NCBI GenBank assembly: GCA_951406725.2
Contig: OX597818.1
Location: 9,362,001-9,426,000 of the forward strand
Length of the DNA: 64,000 nucleotides
From: Octopus vulgaris
Lineage: Eukaryota
Direction of reading: 5' to 3'
Shown here: positions 28,647 through 41,162 of the stretch, one piece after another
Numbering within the stretch: the stretch's first letter is position 1
How the letters are laid out: the number at the start of each line of letters is the position of its first letter
Program-made: the position numbers and the translations under genes
The notes under the pieces: generated by a model
What the model was told of the DNA's origin: nothing
What the model saw: only the letters and a program-made list of their open reading frames with translations
The model's database searches: none

Positions 28647-30216
28647 GTGTTTATCTTTTTAAGTATATATATATATATACATACACATGGACACACATAC
28701 AACATATATATGCATATACCTACAGTTATGAAATGTGTGTGCGCTTATATGTATGCCTGTGTGTTCTTTTCTTGTGAATTTACTTATAGTTTTGATATAG
28801 TGCTGAATTGTTTTGTCTGCCATATATCTTTTTTATACTTATCTGTCTAATCTGGGTATTCACTAATCACACAAACCTGATATATGGTTGATTTGTTTGC
28901 TTGCTAAACAAGATAAAAATGAAAGCAAATATAAAAACGAAACTATATAAACATCCAAATGAACAGCTAAATGAAAGAGAGAGAAGAGGTGTTCTCTCTG
29001 ATGAAAAGTGCATACATTACACGCGTAAAACTACACTTAAAATATTCTCTCAAAGCAAATTGTATTATCATATGAATGCCACTTGAAATAAAGGATTTTT
29101 CTATACAAATCAAAACACTATAGAATTGGTACTTAACTGCAATGTTAAAACATTATTATAGTTTATTCTTGTGTCTATTTCCAATTGTTAGTTTGTATAA
29201 ATTTTCTGATGCTTTATTACATTTTATCCTGTTATATTCATGTATTTCATTCATTATCACATTATTTTATATATTTATTGTTTTTTGACACACCTGCGTG
29301 CACTTTGGACTGATATTATTTTATTTTATTCTATATTCTTTTTTGTGAGGTGCGGATTTTTTTTTTCAATTACTCCATTATATTAAGTGAAATGATGTCC
29401 AATTTCTCGTTGTTTGAGGATCGGGAAATTGAAAGTGATGTCTGAAATTTATACGCACACAAACGAACACACACACACACACGCACGCACGCATGCACAC
29501 AAGCACACACATACACACTCACACACACACACACACACACATACATGCACATACCAATTTAACTTCGCAATATCGCCAACGCTAAAACGATCATTCGCAC
29601 TAAGTAGTCGCTTTTATACTGTCTAATTGATGTTATAGATTCGGATTTGAGAATATTTTAAAGTTGCAATTATACGGGTAATACTGTCCAGAATTAAATG
29701 AAATAGCTTTGAGCATTTTTTAAAAATAATCAGCGTTCTTCTTTTTGATGCCGTAATTCGAATCGAGATGTTATAAAAAGAAACCGGTATTTCAAATGTA
29801 AATTCAGAATCGGTTGTGTGCAGGACAAATCTGTCAGAAGTGCTGATATATGTTGTTTGAGAATTCTTAATCGTTCTATTTTCATTATTGATTTCATCTA
29901 TCTGTATCCTCTTTCACCCTCACTGCTACAAACAGGAATAAGTTGTGATCATCTCATTAATGTGCGTAGATCCACTGAACCTAAACTAATACATGAAGTA
30001 ATTTATTTTAGAGGAATTTAAAAGGTTAATTCACTATCAGAGAGATGCTATTACAGATTTTCTTTTATTTGGTAGTATTTCAGGAGGTAGTGGTTTCTAA
30101 TCAACAATATATATGTCATTTAGCATGGAACCATACACCAGCAGAAAACCACCCAGAGGGTGGTATTCTTGCAAGTAATGATGATGATGATGATGATGAT
30201 AATAATAATAATAATA

Positions 30217-30279
<63 letters not shown>

Positions 30280-30610
30280 GAGACCCACTTCAGTCATGAA
30301 TGACCATGGTATTGCACCTAGAAAGTTATCATTCGAGGTACAAGTCTGGGCAAGGTTATTTATGGAAGGCCAGCAGTCGCCCATGCATATCAGTCTCCCC
30401 TCTCCACACCACCGATATTATCCAAGGGAAAGGCAAAGGCCGATACAGCTTGGTACCAGTGACGTCGCTACTCCTTTCTACAGCTGAGTTAACTGGAGCA
30501 ACGTGAAATAAAGTGTCTTGCTCAAAAACACAACACGCAGCCCGGTCCGGGAATCGAACTCACAACCTCAAGATCGTAAGCTCAACGCTTTAAACACTGA
30601 GCCATGCGCC
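30280..30610 (-). mobile_element. tRNA-derived SINE family C
   Basis: Minus strand begins GGCGCATGGCTCAGTG (A box) ... GAGTTCGATTCCC (B box) ... TTGAGCAAGACACTTTA and ends in a (TAT)n tail. Confidence 0.88.
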
Positions 30611-31138
30611 AGTGTTATCATGTACGTTGTTTTGTCTTGGTATAAAAGATGAGCTACAGCAAATATTCTGCTCAATACCACAGATTTGCTTGTCAGTTTC
30701 TTGACCTTAACCAGTTGAGTAGGTCCCTTAGCAGCTGACGATATGTATATCTCTGATCACGAGCATAAGTAATGGGGGAGCATCATAGCCATGTGTTGAG
30801 AAGGATTCTTTGGGGTTTGAATAGTTCACCTCTGGAAACATGGGTGTTTCGGTCAACATCCTTAAACAACTCTTATTCAGTGACCTTTTGATCGGGATGG
30901 GCTACTCGACCAGAAGAAAATTCTAACTGGGCCCCACCTGCAAGGTCACGAGCTGTTATTCTTGATATGAGATCATCATGTCACGCACATTTAGTTGTGA
31001 TGCATGTGCCTAGTGTACCCTTATCAGACGTGTAGTCATGATGGGTATACTGAGCTCCGTATATTTTATCCCAGTGCCACATTGATGACATGCACTGCTC
31101 TCTCACTCAACAACAACAACAATAATAACAACAACAAC

Positions 31139-31204
<66 letters not shown>
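30611..31204 (+). mobile_element. ~500-bp retroposon (family D) with (AAC/AAT)n tail, copy 1
   Basis: GTGTTATCATGTA...GCACTGCTCTCTCACTCAA then a trinucleotide tail. Closely repeated at 31213-31778. Confidence 0.8.
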
Positions 31205-31205
<1 letters not shown>

Positions 31206-31212
31206 GATTGGA

Positions 31213-31715
31213 AGTGTTATCATGTAAATTTTTTTTGTCTCGGTATAAAAGATGGGCTACAGCAAATATTCTGCTCAATACCACAGATTTGCTTGTCAGT
31301 TGTTTGACCTTAACCATTTGAGCATGTCCCTTAGTGGCTGACGATATGTGCATCTCTGATCACGAGCAGAAGTAGTGGGGGAGGGAGCATCATAGCCATG
31401 TGTTGACAGGGGTTCTTTGGGGTTTGAATAATTCACCTCTGGAAACATGGGTGGTTCTTTCAACATCCTTAAACAACCCTTATTCAGGGACCTTTTGAGC
31501 AGGATGGGCTACTCAACCTGAAGAAAATTCTAACTGGGCCCCACCTGCAAGGTCATGTGCTGTTTATCTTGATATGAGATCACCATGTCGCGCACATATG
31601 GTTGTGATGCATGTGCCTGGTGTACCCTTATCAGACGGGTAGTCATGATGGGTATATTGGGCTTCGTATATTTTACCCTAGTGTCACTTTGATGGCATGC
31701 ACTGCTCTCTCACTC

Positions 31716-31778
<63 letters not shown>
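31213..31778 (+). mobile_element. ~500-bp retroposon (family D) with (AAT)n tail, copy 2
   Basis: Direct repeat of 30611-31110 with scattered substitutions. Confidence 0.8.
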
Positions 31779-31789
31779 TTCTAATATAG

Positions 31790-32528
31790 GCACAAAACCG
31801 GTATTTTATTCATTACATCTCTTCCATGTACTAAACTGGTACTATTTTCTCTGTCACGAATGCGTGAAACGTAAAGTCTATTCAACGAGATATAAATCCA
31901 CAACGTAAACGAGACGTAAGTAATACCGCTAAGGATTTTCTCCGGCTTACTAACGACTCTGCCTGCTCGCCACCTTAATGATGGTTTTAAATTTTGGCAA
32001 AAGGTTAGCAATTGTTGGGGAGGCGGTAAGTCGATTGCATTGGCCCCAGTCTTCAACTGTTACTTATTTTATCGACTCCGGAAGAATGAAAGGCAAAGTC
32101 AACAACTCAGACCGTAAAGAATTACGACATACCGCTAATGATTCTGCTAGCTCGCCGCCTTAATACTAATACATAATTTTAGTGATAACTGTTTAGCAGA
32201 TCGTAACACACGGTTTATCTTACTAATGGAGTAACAAGCAGAATTATATGATTTTCAACCTTATCACTTATGTATTTTAAAATATAGGGTATGCAAAAAG
32301 TCATTAAATATATTTCTTTAGTGCCCACAAGGGGCTAGACACAGAGGGGACAAACAAGGACAGACAAAGGGATTAAGTCGATTACATCGACCCCAGTGCG
32401 AAACTGGTGCTTTATTTATCGAAAGGATGAAAGGCAAAGTCGACCTCGGCGAAATTTGAACTCAGAACGTAACGACAGACGAAATACCGCTAAGCATTTC
32501 GCCCGGCGCGCTAACGTTTCTGCCAACT
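31790..32528 (-). mobile_element. cluster of SINE family B copies
   Basis: Three reverse-complement copies or fragments, ending at ..CTGCTCGCCACCTT (~31975), ..CTAGCTCGCCGCCTT (~32160) and a well-preserved copy at 32317-32528. Confidence 0.8.
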
Positions 32529-32587
32529 AGAAGGAAACAATAGATGAATGACGGATACTATTTTGTTTTAGCCTATTAATGTAATAC

Positions 32588-32888
32588 TTTTACTTGATTT
32601 AGTGATTTGACTGCGGCCATGCTGGAGCACCGCCTTTAGTCGAGCAAATCGACCCCAGTACCTATATTTTGTAAGCTTAGTACTTATTCTATCGGTTTCT
32701 TTTGCCGAAGCCCTAAGTTACGGAGACGTAAACACACCAACATCGGCGGGCAAGCGATGTTAGGTGGACAAACACAAACATACAAACAGGTCGGCTCTAG
32801 GCTATATTAGAAGACACCTGCCCAAGGTGCCACGCAGTGGGACTGAACCCGGAACCATGTGGTTGGTAAGCAAGCTAGTTACAACACG
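32588..32888 (-). mobile_element. tRNA-derived SINE family A
   Basis: Reverse complement of the family A head (GGGACTGAACCCGGAACCATGTGG) and tail. Confidence 0.88.
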
Positions 32889-33640
32889 TCTTTTCGATTC
32901 TAAAGTTTTGTACGAGCTTGAGCATCGCGTATGTGCAGAGATCTTAAAATCAACGGATAATTTCCTCTGCAAAAATCGTGTATTAGTGTGTTTCTATAAA
33001 TACTCAGACATATCTGTGAAATATTAGGATAAAGTCAATTAAAATTGATCTAAAACATGTTTCAACAGATTGTCTTTAAGTTTTTCTCTCACACAAGTTT
33101 TTTTTTCTTTTCTTTTTTTTTTCTTTGTTATCCTTTGTCGCTTTATCGCAATGAAGACACAGTTCTTCCTATTTTTTCCACTCCACCTACACTTCAAAAT
33201 GCGCTAACTATCGCCACTGGTATCCGGAACAGAGCCCAATCTACTACTTTGTTCAGCTAATCGTGAGGTATATTCAGAAAATATCTTTTAAATTGACCCA
33301 CTGTAAACAAAGATCCAATTTTGTATAAGTGTTTGAAAAAGTTTAACTTCATGAACTTCTCTCCCAGAAATTATGACAGAGTAAATTTATTACAACAGAC
33401 TACTTCTGATCCTTCAAAATTGATTCAACGCCATATTTGTCAGCAAATATTATGCTCGCACTGATACTAATAAATATGACATTCTCTTGATTCATGAGAC
33501 AGTTCACTTGAAGCTTATCAAAATCTGCAACTCTCATCAGCTGATGAAATTAGATTTTGAAATATATGTGAATCACCTTGCTTGTGAATTTTATATTTCA
33601 AATGCTCTATTTAGATTGTCTTAATGTTCATCTTTTTGAC

Positions 33641-33776
33641 ATTAAGCTTAGTCAATGGCACAGGAGTAGTTTAATGTAAAGAGGAAAATTTTGGCAGAAT
33701 ACTGAGCAAAGAGAGGCAAACTTTTCTTCGTCTGATACACCATTCTCGATATTCTGTACCATTGACTAAACTTAAT
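33641..33776. mobile_element. small MITE with ~25-bp terminal inverted repeats
   Basis: ATTAAGCTTAGTCAATGGCACAGGA ... TTCTGTACCATTGACTAAACTTAAT, with TTAA at both ends. Confidence 0.6.
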
Positions 33777-34039
33777 TCGTATAGAAATTCGAAAGTACTT
33801 CAGCGTCTTAGGGACAATGTCTCAGGATTAAAAAATAGAGTCATTTGAAAGTGTGTAGTTAACCTCCAAAATATAGGGTAAACGAGGGTTTTCCGGAAAG
33901 CACAAAGAACTGTCATTCGAAATATATTTGAAATATAGGAAGTGCTAAAAGTGCTAAATTATTCTCGTATCTATAAAATAATTACCCAAAATATATAACC
34001 AGGGGGCTCTCTCGCACACACAAACGCACATACACACAC

Positions 34040-34082
<43 letters not shown>

Positions 34083-34139
34083 TATATATATATATACACA
34101 CACATATATATATATGTATACATATACATGTATATATAC

Positions 34140-34238
<99 letters not shown>

Positions 34239-34244
34239 GCATAT

Positions 34245-34546
34245 CTTCCGTCTCAGAACGAGACTTTGCGCCTGAAATATCAAGGTTTTTGTAAAAATTT
34301 CTGAATTGCAACAAACTTTCTTCTTTTGCATTTTCTTTTCCTTCTTCAGTATCACAACGCTTCAAGCGAACTACAACGCACCAGAATTATTTTTTATTCT
34401 CTCTCTGTTTATTTTATCTTATTCCTTTCTGTTCAAGAGCGTAGGTTCTAAACGAAAAACACTTTCCCACTTTCCCAAGTGTCAGTCTAATACACCCGCT
34501 TGTTGTTCATACACCTGTCTTCAACTTTTGTTTTTCTGTAAATTTA
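34245..34546 (+). mobile_element. short repeat next to a (TA)n tract with a decayed hammerhead-like motif; related to 55388-55498 (minus)
   Basis: CTTT-CTGTTCAA-GAGC-GTAG-GTTC-TAAACGAAAAAC. Downstream sequence (..ATACACCTGTCTTC..TTTTGTTTTT) matches the reverse complement of 55388-55498, which keeps GAAACGTAAAAG. Confidence 0.4.
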
Positions 34547-34630
34547 TAGAATATAGATAGATACATTGTAGATAGATACACACACATACGTATGTACATA
34601 CACATACATCTCAAACCTAAATACACACTA

Positions 34631-34674
<44 letters not shown>

Positions 34675-34726
34675 CGTGTGTATGTGAGTGTGTGTGTGTG
34701 TATGTGAGTGTGTGTGTGTGTGTGTA

Positions 34727-35925
34727 TCAAGTCATTAAGAATGAAATGCCCAATTTTCTCATGCATAAAATTTGATAGTCGTTCAATCTAAAGATTTATC
34801 CTCACAATTCTTTGTTTTACAACATTGAAGATTTACATCATCACTTTTCGAAATGAAATTCAAGGTGTCTGATTATATTGTGCGTTTTCTTTTGTGGACA
34901 CAGAGATAAAAATATCGTGTTGTTTATGACTATGAGTTCCGACGTGGAACGCATCCCAGACATCTCGAAACATCAATGAGGTGTTTGGTGAACATGTGAC
35001 GAATGAGCGCTGTACGTCGTTGGTTTGAGAAGTTCCGGTCAGATGACTTTACTCTTGAAAATCAGCCTCGAGGAAGACCTGGGAACAAGGTGAATAAGGA
35101 GCTGGAAACTGTAGTAGAAGCAGATATATTCATGCTACGCATGAGTTAGCAGCATCTATCTGTATCAGACCATCTGAAACAAATCAGCAAGGTAAAGAAG
35201 CTGGACAAGTGGGCGCTACACGAACTGAACGAGCATCAGTTGTCTTGAAACTTGCTGTTCTCTGCTGTCACAGCATAACAGTGAACCATTTTTGTATCGT
35301 ATTTTCAACAATAGCAGGCGTTCTGCACGGTTATTGGTTAGAGAGGAAGTGCTAAAACACAATCCAAAATAGAATATTCACCAAAAGAAGCTAATGGCAT
35401 CTTTTTGGTGGTCCAGCGCTGGCATCATCCACTACAGCTTCATGAGACCTAGTAACTCCATTAGAGCGGTTGTATGCATCAACCAAGTGGAGGAAATGAT
35501 GAATGAACTTAAACAACCAAGATTGATCAACAGAGACAGGGCTATTTTCTTGCAAGACAATGCTCGATCACATGTTTCACAAAAATACAATGCTCAAGTT
35601 ACAGGAACTGAACTCGGAAGTACTCTATTATCCACGATATTCACCATTCTTTGCACCAACTGACTATCGCATTTTCCAGGCATTAGACACCATTTTGCAA
35701 GAAAAAACTTCAAATCTAAAGAAGTTTCAAAGACAGATATTCATGATTTCATCACCTTTTGCTCTCCAGAATTCTTCGCTGCCAGCATAAATAAGCTACC
35801 GATAAAATGGCAAAACTGTGTTGATAATTTTGGTGCATATTTTGATTAACTGCATTGCTTTTTGTTGAGATAAAGTAAAATAAACTATCAGTTCAAAATT
35901 GGACACTTCATTCTTAATGACCTGA
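34727..35925 (+). mobile_element. decayed mariner DNA transposon
   Basis: ~31-bp TIRs TCA(A/G)GTCATTAAGAATGAA.TG.CCAATTTT, TA duplication. Transposase remnants WFEKFRSDDFTLENQPRGRP, WALHELNE, LQDNARSH, YSPFFAPTDY. Confidence 0.92.
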
Positions 35926-36601
35926 TATTTATATATATATATATATAATTCCCGGGAAAGTGAGGCTTATCCCTTGCTTCCTTTCTCATAATTGTTTCGC
36001 TGATCCAATAACAACACAAAGTATATAGCCCTTAAAACGGATTTTGTTCATTTACAGAGAATACCGAACTGCCATACACAGTATCTCATTTTTAAGTATT
36101 CCTCCAATAAGTTATGAATACTCAAATTGTGAAATTAGTCATGTAACAGCATGAAATTAGTTACCCGATAGTAAGAATTCAAAAGAAGTGGCCCCGAAAA
36201 GGGATTTAGTGCGTTCCCAGAGTACATAGAACATAGGAGGAAATACTAATAGGATATGTATACTAAAATCGTGAAGCATTTTACGTAATAACAGGCTAAT
36301 CAAATATGAGATAATAACAATTCATAGTATGCAGAGACAATTTCCCACATATGTAGTAAAACTATATATATATTTGTGTGTGGATGTGTGTAAATGTGCA
36401 TCTGTGAGTGTGTATCCGTGTCTAGGAGTCATTGTGTGCGTGCCTATGTATATAACTATCTAAATATTTAGTCTTATATATCCATATATATAATAATGCA
36501 GTTATATGTATATACATGATAGATATTAGTAAAAGTAAACGCATTCACACACACACACGCAAATATATATATATACATTCTCATACTCACCAGATAAAAT
36601 G

Positions 36602-36656
<55 letters not shown>

Positions 36657-36727
36657 TTAATAGATAGATATACATATACATATATGCACACATATACATA
36701 TAATTATCCCATCAATATGTTTCTTTG

Positions 36728-36775
<48 letters not shown>

Positions 36776-37371
36776 ATACGCTCACACTCACTGGTAAATT
36801 AAATTAGGTATATATATATTATATATATACAATCATCCCATCAACATTTTCTTTCTCTTTTTGATATGCAAAGATTACTTAGTATAAAACGAATATTTTC
36901 ATATTGACTTGTTTGGATGGCTGGTGTTATAGAACCAGAAAACAAAATAGCAAGTTTTAGTTTCTTCTTATTTATAAATGGAACCGTAGCTCTGAGTTGC
37001 TTCTTTACTCCTCTATCTTTTCTTTTCTAATACATCTTTGATCCATTCTATTTTGCTATTATGAAAAGAATTAAAATATAGAAATGTTGCAAAAAATGGA
37101 ATTAAAACGTTTTTCAAAATGCCTCCGCGAAGGGACATCGATAAGATGTCCGTTTTTCAAAAATATATTTAGGTTTCGCTGTAGAGATGTCAAAAATTTG
37201 ATACCTTTCTAAGTACAGGTATAAGCTTTTGAATAGCACTATAAAAGTATATTTATTTTTGATTCTATGAGCGTATTACGTGAGTAAAATATATATGTAT
37301 AGCATACATGCATGTGAGAAAATCACAATGTATGTATATATATATACATGCGTCTATAAACACATATACAC

Positions 37372-37412
<41 letters not shown>

Positions 37413-37418
37413 GCATAT

Positions 37419-37579
37419 AAACGGCAGTGTGCAGGGGCCCTGGTGAAACTGTACCAACAATGACAACAGGATGCTTATCTAACGGTAAGCAGTCGAAGCA
37501 TTTGAAACGCACGTAGGTCCAGAAAAGAATAATGTAAATAACTGTTTGATTAAATTATGTTCTCCTTATCATTATTAAT
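37419..37579 (+). mobile_element. hammerhead-bearing short repeat (degenerate HHR 37435-37520)
   Basis: GGGCC-CTGGTGA-AACTGT..TGCTTATC/GGTAAGCA..GCATTT-GAAAC-GCAC-GTA-GGTCC. Inverted homolog of 39788-39965. Confidence 0.65.
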
Positions 37580-37618
37580 ATATATGTATACACACACACG
37601 CACACACGCGCATATATA

Positions 37619-38910
37619 CGAGGGGCGTTCAATAAGTAATGCCCCTGACCCACTTCCCATAGCAGTAGAGCAACGAAACTTGGCACAGTCTTTTTCTACA
37701 TAGGAACCACCCAGAGTTACGCATTTCTCCCATCGTTTGATGCAGCTCTGGAGATCGTTTTAGTAGAAGACCCCAGCTTGGTCCTCCAACTACGACGTGA
37801 CTTCAGAAATCAAGGCTGCATCATCTGGGAAACGCTTACTTTCAAAAACAACTTCATGGCTGGGAAGAGGTGAAAATCAGAGGGTGCAAGGTCAGGAAAG
37901 TAGGGGAATGGGGGAGGAGTTCATAGCCGCACGCCTATGCTTCTGATCTGGCGACACGCGAGTTGTGGACCGGAGCGTTGTCCTGCAGGAGGAGGATGCC
38001 TTTACCGATCCTGCGCCGTCTCTTGATTTTGATAGCTTCTCTTAATTTCCTCAGAAGTGAAGCATAATAGGCTCCTGTAATTGTGGTACCCTTTGCCAGG
38101 AAATCTGTCATCACTACTCCGTCCTGGTCCCAGAAGACTGTGAGCATGACCTTGCCAGCGGAGGGCTGCATCCTTGCCTTCTTTGGAGGAGGTGAGTCAC
38201 GGTGCTTCCACTGCATTGACTGGGCTTTGGTCTCTGGATCATAGTGATGGACCCAGGTTTCATCCTGAGTAATCAGTCTTTTGAAAAATTTTGATTCATC
38301 TTCTTGGCACATCTCCAAATTCACCCTCGAGCACTCGACGCGTTCTTGCTTCTGGAAAGGTGTGAGCAACCTGGGAATCCATCTGGCAGACACCTTTTGC
38401 ATATGCAAATGGTCATGAATGATAGTTTCCACAGACCCGGTACTAATCTTGACCTCATGGGCTATTTGGTGAATAGTTATGCGTCGATCTTCCAAAATGG
38501 CAGCCTCAACTTGACGGACAGATGCCTCATCAATGGCAGAAGGGGAGCGACCAGATCTGGGAGCTGTTTCCACAGAGTTCCGACCATGTTTGAATTCACG
38601 ATGCCAGCGTTTTACAAGGTCATATGATGGGGCATCATTAGCATAAGTTACTTTCATTTCATCAAAAGTCTCCCGTGGTGTGCGTCCTTTCAAATACAAA
38701 AACCGGATCACTGCTCGACACTCAGCAGGTTCCATTTCACACTTGACTCAGTTCAAACACCTGTAAATCGGAAACCACAATTAGTTCAGAGCTGTAATTT
38801 GTCACTTCATCTATAGAGATATAAAGGATTGCACATGCAAAATTTCAGCTAGATCAAACAATTTCAGCTAGATCAGTGGGTCAGAAGCATTAATTATTGA
38901 ACGTCCCTCG
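37619..38910 (-). mobile_element. mariner DNA transposon, full length (~1.29 kb)
   Basis: TIRs CGAGGGGCGTTCAATAAGTAATGC / GCATTAATTATTGAACGTCCCTCG, flanked by TA. Confidence 0.96.
37935..38735 (-). pseudogene. mariner (DD34D) transposase, 266 aa open then premature stop and frameshift
   Basis: HTH region, WIPRLL, ITQDETWVHHYDPE, LLQDNAPVH. The PDLAPSDFHLFP motif lies downstream of the stop in a shifted frame. Confidence 0.93.
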
Positions 38911-38959
<49 letters not shown>

Positions 38960-39036
38960 ATATTACCATCCACAACGGGTCACTTTCAGGGCACTTCACC
39001 ATTTAACATACTACAATCATGGCACTCATGCATTAT

Positions 39037-39125
39037 TCTTCTTCTTCTTCTTCTTCTTCTTCTTCTTCTTCTTCTTCTTCTTCTTCTTCTTCTTCTTCTT
39101 CTTCTCATATCCCTTCTTCTTCTTC
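39037..39125. repeat. (CTT)n microsatellite
   Basis: Direct inspection. Confidence 0.95.
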
Positions 39126-39371
39126 CCTACCAAGAATTCACAACGACCTCGAACCCACAAAATTAAACAAGGGAGAATGAGACGGACAGAAACAAGTAAA
39201 ATGCCGCTTTGAATGCTATACAAATATTCTTTTTATAAACTTTTCTTTTAATTTCTCCAAAATTTAATTGTTTTCCATACTTACAGATGAAAAAGTCTCA
39301 ATGAAACTGGTACTGAAATGTTGTCTATAAAATAATTTAGCATTTTCTACCTTGACATCTTCCATATATAT

Positions 39372-39780
39372 AGGAGTGGCTGTGTGGTAAGTAGCTTGCT
39401 AACCAACCACATGGTTCCGGGTTCAGTCCCACTGCGTGGTATCTTGGGCAAGTGTCTTCTGCTATAGCCCCGGGCTGACCAATGCCTTGTGAGTGGATTT
39501 GGTAGACGGAAACTGAAAGAAGCCTGTCGTATATATGTATATATATATATGTATGCGTGTGTGTGTTTGTGTGTCTGTGTTTGTCCCCCTAGTATTGCTT
39601 GACAACCGATGCTGGTGTGTTTATGTCCCCGTCACTTAGCGGTTCGGCAAAAGAGACCGATAGAATAAGTACTGGGCCTACAAAGAATAAGTCCCGGGGT
39701 CGAGTTGCTCGATCAAAGGCGGTGCTCCAGCATGGCCGCAGTCAAAATGACTGAAACAAGTAAAAAGAAAAAGAAAAAAA
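39372..39780 (+). mobile_element. tRNA-derived SINE family A, well-preserved copy
   Basis: A box TGGCTGTGTGG, B box GGTTCAGTCC, internal TA/TG repeat, A-rich tail. At least eight related copies or fragments in the window. Confidence 0.93.
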
Positions 39781-39863
39781 GAAAGACATTAATAATGATA
39801 AGAAGAGCGGAGATTATTCACTCCTATAATTTTATCAAACAGTTATTTACAGCATTCTTTTCT

Positions 39864-39949
39864 GGACCTACGCGGGTTTCAACTGCTTCGACTGCTCACT
39901 GTTAGATAAGCATCCTTGTGTCATTGTTTGTACGGTTTCATCAGGGCCC
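39864..39949 (-). ncRNA. type I hammerhead ribozyme with extended (57-nt) stem II
   Basis: Minus strand: GGGCC-CTGATGA-AAC..(TGCTTAT/GTGAGCA hairpin)..GTT-GAAA-C-CCGC-GTA-GGTCC. Canonical core, stem I GGGCC/GGTCC. Confidence 0.78.
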
Positions 39950-41162
39950 CTGTTTACTGCCGTTTCGACGTGAATCTGAAGGAGTCAGGATGCTAAATGA
40001 AGAAATTATTTTTTGGAAGTATTGGTATTATTATAAATAGTTGTAGGAATCTTGAACTAGTTTTCACATCCTCTATGTGGTAGATGAAGCGAAATATAGT
40101 CCTAAAAATAAGTCAAGATTCGATTAAAAATTGTGTTCCTTCATTAGTACAATAAGAAGTTTACCATTCCACTCATTTCAAAAAGAATATTCTTAGTTTT
40201 AGAGGTCCTCAATTAATTTTGACTCATATTTTTTTTTCTTACTTTCACAATTCTTATTCTCATAATTGATCATTTTTCTTATTATATAAAGTGTAATGCT
40301 TTTATTTGAAATGTTTAAAAGCAAACTTTCTTACATAAATACACCTTAAACCGCGTTTGTGTCTATTGTTTGTCAGTTGAAATTTTGAAGTGAGTATTTG
40401 GTACATTTCTTCTACGCATGAGTCATATATTTTACCCCCTATACTATACCATTGAGCTATACCAATAATATTCCCGCTAACTGAATATATTTTATTTCTA
40501 TCCTTCAGCGACGAAATTAATTTACTGAGGCTCGTACAATTTTTCTTACTTCTATCACATGGTTAGCTATTCTTTGTTTAATAGAACATGAGCTGACATC
40601 TATATAGAAGTATTCTTTGTTTTCTGATGTAACTTTGCTCCTGTAATTATTTGGATGTCTAGTACTATGCCGATCTGAGCACTTTCACTATTTACGCTAC
40701 CTGATGTCATCCACAGTTACGATATGTTTGTCACTGAATCTATAATGAATGACGGAAGGGTAAAATGGATTTAGTAAGAATTTTTATTTAAAATAGCGAT
40801 TGTTTTGACCCATCATACATCTGTCCCTTACGGTTAGGATATTGTACATCTAGTTGTGTTGCATCCATCAGTGAACTATAGCCAGACCGATCTACTGATT
40901 ATAACCCCGAAACTATTCCATTCAGTCTAGCCAACATACTCAGTGTATGCAATAACTTATCTTATTTACATCAGACACCTGACGCTGCACTCCGTGCGTT
41001 GAGACTGAGGCAACACAACTAGATGTAAAATATCCTACCCGGAAAAAGAGAGATGCAGGATTGGTCGAAACGACCGTTGCGCTGAATAAAATTTTTGCTA
41101 AATCCAATTTCTGTTTGTCATTCATATATATATATATATGAATGTACTTACGTATGTATATA

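Noticed and set aside
30520-30610. Bona fide tRNA gene
   Set aside because: A and B boxes are present, but the sequence continues into a SINE body and tail and has no proper acceptor stem.
39283-39330. Additional hammerhead (CAGATGA...GAAATGTTGTC)
   Set aside because: The core is mutated, the stems cannot be formed convincingly, and there is no second copy in the window.
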